Positions 54,066 to 64,000 of a stretch of 64,000 nucleotides of DNA are shown piece by piece; within the stretch, counting starts at the first letter, position 1, and every line of letters starts with the position of its first letter. Source of the stretch: the human T2T-CHM13v2.0 reference genome, Homo sapiens; assembly GCF_009914755.1 (NCBI RefSeq), contig NC_060931.1. One strand, given 5' to 3'. A model generated the notes under the pieces. It was not told where the DNA came from. It did not search any database and saw nothing but the letters and a program-made list of their open reading frames with translations. The position numbers and the translations under genes are program-made.

Positions 54066-56520
54066 TAGAAAGTTTTCAGAAATTGCTCTTGTCTGCCTGC
54101 TTACCCTTCCGAGGCATCTAACAGCATCCTCCCTGGCCTAAGCCTGGGAGCCTTCCTAAAGGCGTAAGCTCGCCTTTAGGAACCACTCTCGTTGTGGTTT
54201 TAAATTGTCATCACTTGCCAGATAAGGAGAGGTTGCTGTATGGACAGACACACAAGGAGACTGACCCAGGTCCTGTTGCAGGACAGTCACCCAGCATCCT
54301 GGCCCCACCCTGGGCTTCCATTGGTCTGGATCGGACATCCCGGGGGCTCTCGTGGGCAGCCTGGTGATGCCAGGAGGAAGGGCCCACTGTGATGGCAGAT
54401 TGCTGGCTGCTCACCGTGATGAAAGTGCATCTGTCCCACAAAGGGCAGCCTTTCCGTATTCAAGAGTGGGGTGCAGCTCAGGGAGGCATCGGAGATGGGG
54501 ACTGTGACGAGGCCAATCCACGGGCATTGATTGCTCCATGGACCAGCGTGTCTGAGCTCCCTGTGAATGTATCTAATTTGTGGGACTTGCAGGACCCAGG
54601 ACCCAGTGCACATCCTGAGTCTAACTCACCCCGACATTTTTTGGTTTTAAACCAGTGAGATGTGATTACAATGAATATTCATGACCGCTTCCCATATCCT
54701 GAGTTTTGTCTTCGGCCGTGTCTTTGGAGCATTCCTTCCCCTATAGCATGATTTCTCTTTTATGTTTTGTCTGTCATCTCTTCCCCAGGAGACTGAGAGA
54801 CTCGGGGGAGCAGGGGCTGCGTCAGGACCCCCTTTCTGCCACCCCCAGCACCAGCCCGAGACAGACTGTGGTCTGACTGCAGGCTGACACACCTGGGTCC
54901 ACAGGCTGGATTCTCAAGAGGGGCGAGAGAATGGGGTGGTGGCTGCCCCAGGCCAGCTGGTCCAGGCAGCTTCCCTGATCACCGCAGTGACGCTCCTGCT
55001 CAAGCTGGGAGAACCAGGGTCAAGTCCCTTCACTCAGTCACCAAAACAAGAAACAAAAACAACAACAACAACAAAGGCAAGGTGGACCCATCGCTGGCTC
55101 CTCTGCCTCCAGGGGATCAGAACTTGCCCCCTTCCCAGTGTGAATTCCCCTCCGATGGGGTGTGGAGGCTGGGGTAGTCTCTAGGCTGTCCCAGCTGTGC
55201 CTCTGGCCTCCTGTCTGGGTGCAGCCTTAGCGGGGCACAGGAGGGCGTGTATGCGGGTCCTCCAGGGTCCTCAGGCCACAGCTCCTGGGCTGGAGAACTG
55301 TGAGGTAGGACCTAGCCCCTCGGGTCCCCTGCCCTCTCCTCCTGGCAGGTTCTCTGGCTTTAGGCATTAATGTCCTGTGACAAATTCACTTAGGACTAAG
55401 AAGCCACTGAGAATATTCAGTTCTTGGATCATCCACAACAGCGGAAGCAGAACAGAGTGAGCACTCCAGACGCGAAAGGGCCCGGCCCAGCCAGCTTGCG
55501 GGGACCCCCGAGACGAGGTCCCTGCCAGACTGCCAATGTTTATTTGAGGCTGTTTGTTTAAATTCAACTTGAACCCCGGTTACCTCCAGCTCAGCCCTGC
55601 CCTGGGCGCTGCGAGGAAAACAAAGCCACACCACACCGTGCACAGCCGTCTTCACATCTCTGGAAGACATCACCGTACAGGAGCGGTGGGGAGACAGACC
55701 GAATCCCATAAAGTGTGACCTCCTGCCACTGCCACAGCCAGGGCAGAGTGCCCTTCGGGGCTACACAGCTCCCCCCACCACCCCGATCATTACAGGAGAA
55801 AGCAAATTGGTGAGACCTGGTATTTTTCATTAAACAGATAAAGTTTATTTTCTTCAAATAGTATCAGAAATATTTTGAAATGACCCTCAATTCCACATTG
55901 GGGTCAATTATGGGGGAGGGAAAGGGGGAAAGTGGACAGGAAGATAAGGTGGAAGAAGAGGGAGAGAAAGAGGCAGTGCTGGCCCACGGGGATGGCAGCT
56001 GGGGGTGAATCCGGGCGACCCTCCCTCCATCCAACCGTCGGCGCTCGCAGGGCGTTGAGAGTGCTTCACACAAACGGAGAGAAATGGTTGATATTAGTAT
56101 AGTCATGGTTAATATAAACCTTAAATACCTTTTTAAAGATTAGAAGCTGAGCTGGGAACGGGGCAATCAGGCAGCCTCGAGGGGGGACTGCAGGGAGCAG
56201 GGGAGAGGCTTAGAGAGTTCTGAATGCCACACGCGAGGCACTTTTCTCAGGGGGCTCTTAAGCCCTAACACCTTTATAATTTCCCCTTAAGATGCTAATG
56301 ATCTATTAATCACTGTTTCTGGCTGACTTCCCTTTACACCAGTGCCTTCAGAAGCTCCCCTACCGAGTGGGCCTGTCTTAGGGAGGAATTACTTCCTACA
56401 GCTAATCCAGAGTTCCCGCCCCCTGCAACAAAACCCACAGCAGCTTCTCCTCCGGTAAAGCCGGGATCTGAGCAGACAGTCACTCCTGTGGGCAGCGCTG
56501 GCTGGAAAGGACACTGGAGC

Positions 56521-56630
56521 AGGCCGCGCCTGGGCCTTGGAGACACGCACAGGACCCTGGAGGAGGCCACACCTGGGCCTCGGGAACGCGCACAGGACCC
56601 CGGAGGAGGCCACACCTGGGCCTCGGGAAC
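56521..56630. repeat. 43-bp GC-rich tandem repeat, about 2.5 copies
   Basis: aggccacacctgggcctcgggaacgcgcacaggaccccggagg-type units at 56521, 56564 and 56607. Confidence 0.9.
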
Positions 56631-56994
56631 AGGCACCAGCAGAGGCAGGACTGGAAAGGACAGGAGAGGCTGGGCCCACATTTAATCTCTGTTCCCTCTC
56701 CCTCCACAGTGGTGCCTTTATTTCTAGAAGCAACGAAGGAAACACAGTAGACTCAGAGCCAGAAGAGGAAGAGGAGGCCAGCTCCCACTGCTGCAGCACT
56801 CAGCTGGGGTCAGCGGGGCTGTGGCGTTGCACCACTCCATGAAGGGCCTGGTGTCCCTTGACTTGGACACCCTCGACCCTGCCAGGCTCGGCCCCACAGC
56901 CTTGCTCAATCCCCTCAGCACCCTCGTCTCCAGCAGACGGGTATCCTGGACATGTCTCACCTGATTTGACACAAGACCACCAAGACAAGGGGCA

Positions 56995-57292
56995 GGTGGG
57001 TGCAGTGGCTCACATCTATAATCCCAGCACTTTGGGAGGCTGAAGCAGGAAGATTGCTTGAGCCCAGGGGTTGGAGATCACCCTGGGCAACATGGTAAAA
57101 CCCGTCTCTACAAAAAATACAAAAATTAGCCAGGTGTGGTGGTGCATGCCTGTGGTCTCAGCTACTCAGGAGGCTGAGGTGGGAGGACCGCTGGAGCCAG
57201 GGAAGTCGAGGCTGCAGTGAGCTGTGTTTGCTCCACTGCACTCCAGCCAGGGAGATAAAGCAAGACCCTGTTTCAAAAAAAAAAAAAAAAAA
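56995..57292 (+). mobile_element. AluJ
   Basis: Full dimer with A-tail. Confidence 0.92.
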
Positions 57293-57300
57293 GTAAAGAA

Positions 57301-57599
57301 GGCCAGGCACAGTGGCTCACACCGGTAATCCCAACACTTTGGGCGGCTGAGACAGGCAGACCCCTTGAGTTCAGGAGTTAGAGACAAGCCTGGCCAACAT
57401 GGTGAAACCCCATCTCTACTAAAAATACAAAAATTAGCCAGGCGTGTTGGCTCATGCCTGTAGTTCCAGCTACTCGAGAGGCTTAGACAGAAGAATCGCT
57501 TGAACCCGGAAGGCAGAGGTTGTAGTGTGCAGAGACTGAGCCATTGCACTCCAGGCTGGGCAACAGAGTGAGACTGTCTCAAAAAAAAAAAAAAAAAAA
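57301..57599 (+). mobile_element. AluS inserted in the tail of the preceding Alu
   Basis: Full dimer; aga(c/a)aaggggcag flanks the pair. Confidence 0.92.
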
Positions 57600-58964
57600 T
57601 AGAAAAGGGGCAGCTTCCTCTGAAGCCAGCTCTGCAGACTGGCAGCTGCCTGACACCTCAGCCGGGCCATTTCCTGAACGGCTAGGCAGGGGCACGTTGG
57701 GCTTTAACTGCCCTCAGCCCCACCCCAACCAGGGCTCGCTGCACCAGAAGCTTCCTAGAAAACCACATCTTTTCTGCTAAGAATCAGAAAAGTCGTGATA
57801 TTCTCAGACATCAGCCAACTACAGACTGGCCTGCAGAAGGAAGGAAAGTAGAAGGAGGAAGTCAAGTGATGCTGGGGCAAGGCAGCGTGGCCGGGCACCG
57901 CGGTCGGAACTCTCGTGCTGGTTTGCAGCTCAGAAGCGGTCCGCAGCCCCTGCCGTCCAGCCCTAACCCTGACCTCTTTAGGCCTCAGTTTCCCCACCTA
58001 GACAAGGATGATGGTCCATGAGTCTGCTATTTTTCATTGAGCAACCTTGTACTCAGTGCCTGTTCGGAATGAGAATAGCAATGTCTACAGTTCCAATGCT
58101 TTCGCCACACCTTACTCATGTCTTGTATTTAAATCCGGTCTGATGATTTACATAATGCTTCACCCACGAGAATTCCTTCAGCAGGGAATGAGGGTGTCAT
58201 GGAGACGCCGCCTCGGGCCTCGGTAACCACTAGGGAAGAAACGCCAGGGACACCTGGTCCTGACTTGGGATCTGGTGCTCCAGGCTCTAGCTCTGTCCAT
58301 AGCCCAAGGGTGCTGAGCCCCAAGTGGTCACACCTGCAATGTCACTGAGCTTGGGTAGTGGTCCATCCAGGGCCAGCCAGCCCAACGTAGCAGGGGCCCG
58401 CCTTCCCCAGGGACACCGTGTGGCCCAGGAGCCACAGCAGAGGAAGCTGAGCAGGGCAGCAGAGGAAGCTGAGCAGGGTGGCAGCTCCCTGGGAGGCCAC
58501 ACCTGTACCCCAGGGGTTCTTGGACAATTGGGGGCAGGGCTCAAGAGGGAGATCAGATATCCCCCTAACAAAGAGAGTGGGGGCTGGAGCGGTGAATTTG
58601 GACACTGAAAGAGGAGTGACTGTATTTGTACCCTGAGTGTGTGCGCCAGTCCTTGAGGGCATTACATTTTACATTACGTTTGTAATCAGAAAAGTAGACT
58701 TTCAAAAGAAGACATCATCTAAGTTACTTGTTAGGAGTGGCAGATTCATCTCCCCGGAGCTGGTGACAGTAGGGAGGCATTTGAAAAGGTGCCTGGACAG
58801 CACAGGCCTTGAGGGAGGACAGGTCCTCCATGCCCAGAATGCAACTGGCTGGCTAAGGTGCCTTCGAGGTTCCCCAGGCTGCCTGTGTAGAGAAAGCAGC
58901 AGCTGGCCCAGCAGCCCAGCTGCAAAGGGCCCTCACCATGCACCAGTTAGTTACTCATTCATTC

Positions 58965-59080
58965 ATTTAGATGAGGTCTCGCTCCGTCATCCAGGCTCAA
59001 TCATAGCTGGGTGGGGCAATCATAGCTCACTGCAGCCTCAACTTCCTGGCCTCAATTGATCCTCCCATCTCAGCCTCCTG
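58965..59080 (-). mobile_element. Diverged Alu monomer fragment
   Basis: atagctcactgcagcctcaacttcctggcctcaattgatcctccc. Confidence 0.75.
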
Positions 59081-59424
59081 CCTCTGTGCACCTGTCCCGA
59101 GGCCCCAACCTGCAGTCCTGAGACTACAGATGCATCTGGCCCCCGGACCTGCACTGTGTGGATGTGGCTTCTGTCAGTTCACTGCCTCAGGAGCAAGAGT
59201 AGGAATGGGAGGTCCTCCCAAGATGGAAGTTCACTGTTCTGTGAAACATGAACCCCCCGGACCTCCGTCGCCAGAGTGGTCCAGCAGGGTGCACAGGGGC
59301 TCCGGCCCCAAGCCGGCCTGCTTCTGATGGAGGGGTTTACACCGGAGCGAGGAGCTGCCCACCCGAGTCTCAGGCTCCTCATTCATCAACTGTGGATGTT
59401 GTTAGTTTAAGAATATAAAGTGCT

Positions 59425-59535
59425 GCCGGGCACGGTGGCACCTACAGTCCCAGCTACTTGCGACGCTGGGGCAGGAAGATCACTGGAGCCCAGGCGTTCA
59501 AGTCCAGCCTATGAGACAGAGTGAGACCCCATCTG
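59425..59535 (+). mobile_element. FLAM/FAM-like Alu monomer
   Basis: gccgggcacggtggc...gtcccagctacttg...gtgagaccccatct. Confidence 0.8.
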
Positions 59536-59572
59536 ATTGACTGATTGATTGGTTAATTGATTAATTGATTGG

Positions 59573-59846
59573 TTGAGACAGGATCTCACTCTGTTACCCA
59601 GCCTGGAGTGCAGTGGTGCGATCTCAGCTCACTGCACCCTTGGCCTCCTGGATTCAAACAATTCTCTCACCCTGCCTCCTGAGTAGCTGGGACTACAGGT
59701 GCCTGCCACCACACCAAGCTAATTTTTTTATTTTTTGTAGAGACAGGGTTTCCCTATGTTGCCATGGCTGGTCTCGGACTGCTGGGCTTAAGTGATCCTC
59801 CCATCTCAGCCTCCCAAAGTTCTGGGATTACAGGCATGAGCCACCG
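59573..59846 (-). mobile_element. AluJ
   Basis: Antisense dimer, tail-to-tail with the monomer across a (GATT)n spacer. Confidence 0.9.
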
Positions 59847-61315
59847 TAGTGAGGGTAGCAGTGGTGGTAGTAACAGTAGGTAGTGATGGTAGTGATGTTA
59901 GTGATGGTAGGTAGTAATGATAGTGATGGTAGGTAGTGATGGTAGGTAATGATGGTAGTGATAGTAGGTAGTGATGGTAGTGATGGTAGGTAGGGATGGT
60001 AGTGATGGTAGGGATGGTAGTGATAGTAGTGATGGTAGGTAATGATGATGGTAGTGATGGTAGGTTGGGATGGTAGTGATGGTAGTGATGGTAGGGATGG
60101 TAGTGATAGTAGGTAGGGATGGTAGTGATGGTAGGTAGTGATGGTAGTGATGGTAGGTAGTGATGGGTAGTGATAGTAGGTAGGGATGGTAGTGATAGTA
60201 GTGATGGTAGGTAGTGATGATGGTAGTGATGGTAGGTAGGGATGGTAGTGATGGTAGTGATGGTAGGTGGGGATGGTAGTGATGGTAGGTAGTGATGATG
60301 GTAGTGATAGTAGGTAGTAATGGTAGTGATGGTAGGTAGTGATGATGGTAGTGATAGTAGGTAGTAATAGTAGTGATGGTAGGTTGTGATGGTAGTGATG
60401 GTAGGTAGTGATGGGTAGTGATGGTAGGTAGGGATGGTAGTGATAGTAGTGATGGTAGGTAGTGATGATGGTAGTGATGGTAGGTAGTCATGGTAGTGTT
60501 GGTAGGTAGTGATGGTAGTGATGGTAGGTAGGGATGGTAGTGATGGTACGTAGTGATGGTAGGTAGGGATGGTAGTGATGGTAGGTAGGGATGGTAGTGA
60601 TGGTAGTGATGGTAGGTAGGGATGGTAGTGATGGTAGGTAGTGATGATGGTAGTGATGGTAGGTAGGGATGGTAGTGATGGTAGGTGGGGATGGTAGTGA
60701 TGGTAGGTGGGGATGGTAGTGATGGTAGTGATGGTAGGTAGTGATGATGGTAGCAATGGTAGGTAGGGATGGTAGTGATGGTAGGTAGTGATGATGGTAG
60801 CAATGGTAGGTAGGGATGGTAGTGATGGTGGGGATGGTAGTGATGGTAGGTAGTGATGATGGTAGCAATGGTAGGTAGGGATGGTAGTGATGGTAGGTGG
60901 GGATGGTAGTGATGGTAGGTGGGGATGGTAGTGATGGTAGGTGGGGATGGTAGTGATGGTAGGTGGGGATGGTAGTGATGGTAGGTAGTGATGATGGTAG
61001 CGATGGTAGGTAGGGATGGTAGGGATGGTAGTGATGGTAGGTAGTGATGATGGTAGTGATGGTAGGTAGTGATGGTAGTGATGGTAGGTAGTGATGGTAG
61101 TGATGGTAGGTAGGGATGGTAGTGATGGTAGGTAGTGATGATGGTAGCGATGGTAGGGATGGTAGTGATAGTAGTGAGGGTAGGTAGTGATGATGGTAGT
61201 GATGGTAGGTAGGGATGATGGTAGCGATGGTAGGTAGTGATGGTTGTGATAGTAGTGATGGTAGGTAGTGATGGGTAGTGATGGTAGGTAGTGATAGTAA
61301 GTAGCGGTGGTAGCA
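59847..61315. repeat. Complex VNTR of about 1.47 kb built from GATGGTAGT / GATGGTAGGTAGT / GATGGTAGGTAGG / GAT units
   Basis: Visible directly; almost no C on the plus strand. Confidence 0.98.
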
Positions 61316-63199
61316 TGGGGATGCTGCCGTGAAGCAGAGGAGGCTTCACAATTCTGATTGTGAAGGCTTCAGAACTCTGATCTTCTCAATTCAGGTGGAA
61401 ACGTGTCTTTAGGATAGAAAACAAGTAAACTGCAGGATTCCCTTCAAGGTCTAGTTCTTCCCTGTCCCTACTTTGGGACACTGCTGAACAGGCTCCATCT
61501 GAGTTCAAGAATCTGGGTGTATCTGTGCAGGCCAACAAGCCAATACAGCAGGCATTTGAAAGACACACATACACGCAGGCCATGCTTTTAGTCATGCAAA
61601 CACACAGTGTCTATATATCTATGTGCACAGATTTCTGGGCATGAATATATGTGTTCCAAGCCCCAGTGTACCTACAAGTTTTGATATAAACCTACACACA
61701 GACGTGCAGCATATGTACACAGATAATACTTAAGTGTCCACATGTCTAGAACCTGGAACAAAGCTGCATATAAAAGCAGATGGAACACAGCAGCAGGGCT
61801 ATGTCTCACGTTGTCGTTTCCTGAAGCTGATGTACATGAGACACTTCATTCTAGTTCTGTGGTTTCTGCAAGGAACTGGTGGGCCAACCATTCCTAAGGA
61901 ATATGGTGTTGACAAGCTGAAGACAGGCTGCACCATCACGCGGCTACAGCTGTTGTTCTGAATTTCAAATCTGGTGGCTTCATTGTTGTTTTCCCAAAAG
62001 TTTCATGAATTATGTCACCAAAAAACTCACTGATTTATGGAGTAAAGTTGAAGCAATATCTAGTTGGTGTGTTTTCAAAGAGAATAAATGGATTTCTGCT
62101 TGCACTTCTATTCCCAGAGCTGAGTATTTGAGTGTTTGTTCTAGGATCTGGTATCACACAGCCTTATCTCTATCCCCACTGGGGTGAGGCCCCCCAAGGA
62201 AGTTTAGGCTGGAACTTGAGACCACTTATCACCAAATTAATAAAATAGATTCATTTGGAATCAGCTGACTCAAAGCAGGAAGACTTGGACCCAATTCAAA
62301 CATCTAGACCAAAACCTACACTCTGTTTGGTTAAGATCGGATAGAAATTCTTCCTCTTCACATCTCACATCCATGGACATGTCATGGCAGAAGGCTCCAT
62401 CGTCCTCAGAGCCCAGCCAGGGAAGGTGAGCAGGAGGCAGCACATGGCTGCCCACCTCTGTAGAATTCCAAGGAACAGAAGCTTTTTAAAAATTCAGATT
62501 CCAAGGCCTCAGCCTGGGCCTCCTGACTCCTGGCCAGGGTTTGGAGATGTAGAAGGAGGTAGAAGGAGGAGATAGAAGGAGATGGAGAAGAAGGCATGAG
62601 TCAGTTTCCTCCCACACTCCAGGCCTTTCCCAGGGGTTGGGGAAGCCCTTGGGAAGCTCTCCTCTTTTGCTGCAGAGATAGAGAAAGAGCGTGGCTCTGA
62701 AGTTGTGGCAGTGTCCCTCAGAGACTGGTCACTCACTACTACAGACCGCAGGCAGGCCAGTGCTCCCTCTGGGCCTCAGTGTACTCTTCTGTAAAATGGG
62801 AAGATCATACTGGGTGACCTCATCCCTAACACCTCGTCTCTAGCTCTCAACTTCTACCACTCCGCGAAGTCGTGTGGGCTGGAAGTCAGAGCGGCTTCCT
62901 CAAAGAGGCGGAAGAGGACCCATCACATGAAGGGGCTGGTTTGGCGAGGCAGAGGTGGGAAGGAACGGGGGTAAAAACCCTCCCACCTGGGTGAGCGTGT
63001 CCATCGGAGCAGTGGTTCTCAAATGAGAAGCCCTTCCCCATGAGCGAATCACAAAGTTATTTTAGGTAGGTCATACGAAATAGAAAGAGATACGAAACGT
63101 AGAACAGACAATAACTCAGTGCCTGGCAAACAGTGAGCACTATGCAAACACGAGTTATTATTTCTATCGTGAGTCATGGTCCAAAAGTTTGAAATACAC

Positions 63200-63365
63200 T
63201 AACTTTCTGTGGCTCACTGTCTCTATTTCGTCACCAGCATGTGACCTCCATGAGTGAGGGATTTTTGACAGTTCTGTTCACTCTTAAAGCCCCGTGTCTA
63301 AAACAGTGCCCGGCACAAAGTAAAGGCTCAGTAAGTATTTACTGGATGAATAAATCGGTATCATT
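63200..63365 (+). mobile_element. L2 3' end fragment
   Basis: tgttcactctt...aacagtgcccggcaca...ctcagtaagtatttactggatgaataaat. Strand assigned by eye. Confidence 0.7.
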
Positions 63366-63867
63366 CCATGCAATTGTTGTCACATACATATATTCCCTCT
63401 TGGGCTAGACCGCCTGGGTCTGAGTCTGGCAGATGAATTCTGTGCTCCCCAGCCCGGCAAACCTCCCTGGGACACGGGGACGTCACAGCTCCTCTTCTCG
63501 GTGCTGTTGAAAAGAGTGTATGCGGAGCTCCAGGGATGGCGGCAGGCAGCCTCCGCCCCGCACAAGGGTGCTGGGAGACATCTGTCCCTCCCCACCTGCC
63601 CCTGTTCCCAGCTGCCCCCCACATCTCAACCCCACAGTTCCCTTTCCTGGCAGGATCACTGCTCGGCATCCCTCTCCTGGCAGCGACAAAAATGGCCCTC
63701 TTCACCCCGACAGCCTCTTCTCCTCGTCTGTGGCCTGCTTGAGCCAGGATGGGACTCATTTCCTTCTCAGGTGAAGACGTTGTTAGTGGAGAAAATGAAT
63801 CTTGGGCTAATGAGCTGATCAGAACCTTGAGCTGCAAGAGGGCTCCGGCTCTCTTCAACTCCTGGCC

Positions 63868-64000
63868 CAGTGGTCCTCAGAGCGTGGTTCCCGGACCAGC
63901 AGCGTCCTTGTCAACCTAGGAACTTGCTAGAAAAGCACATTCATGAACCCGCCTCAGACCTACTGAACGGAAAACTCGGCGGTGGGGCCCAGCCCTCCAG
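63868..64000. mobile_element. MER5A hAT-Charlie fragment
   Basis: cagtggtcctcagagcgtggttcccggaccagcagc...ctcagacctactgaa...ggtggggcccagc. Confidence 0.8.

Noticed and set aside
59806-61349. 483-aa, 316-aa and 126-aa His/Pro/Thr-rich ORFs on the minus strand
   Set aside because: Artefacts of the nearly G-free repeat, which can hardly form stop codons. There is no promoter, splice or domain evidence.

Overview
Human (primate) genomic DNA from inside PRKAG2 (AMPK gamma-2 subunit, 7q36.1), transcribed on the minus strand. The window holds the first 22 nt of exon 3 (VDSPFGP, 1-22), the 72-nt exon 2 ([24 protein letters not shown], 5054-5125), all of intron 2 and about 59 kb of intron 1; exon 1 lies beyond the right edge. 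Intron 1 contains a probable alternative promoter and non-coding first exon (about 32998-33470) for the isoform starting at MPLLDG. It also contains a probable plus-strand antisense lncRNA (about 25.1-29.4 kb). The rest is repeat-rich: about 18 Alus, old L1 and MaLR/ERVL LTRs, DNA transposon fossils and several tandem repeats. I see no prokaryotic-type system and no convincing novel protein-coding gene. The most notable observations are: (1) a locally templated 531-bp insertion flanked by an exact 43-bp duplication; (2) a uAUG-rich alternative leader that opens an overlapping alternative-frame ORF through exons 2-3; (3) a 1.47-kb nearly G-free sense-strand repeat with about 28 miR-196 8mer sites and dense YCAY motifs; (4) an 87-bp AT-rich hairpin; (5) a convergent pair of CTCF motifs. 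Repeat subfamilies and repeat boundaries are read by eye and are approximate.
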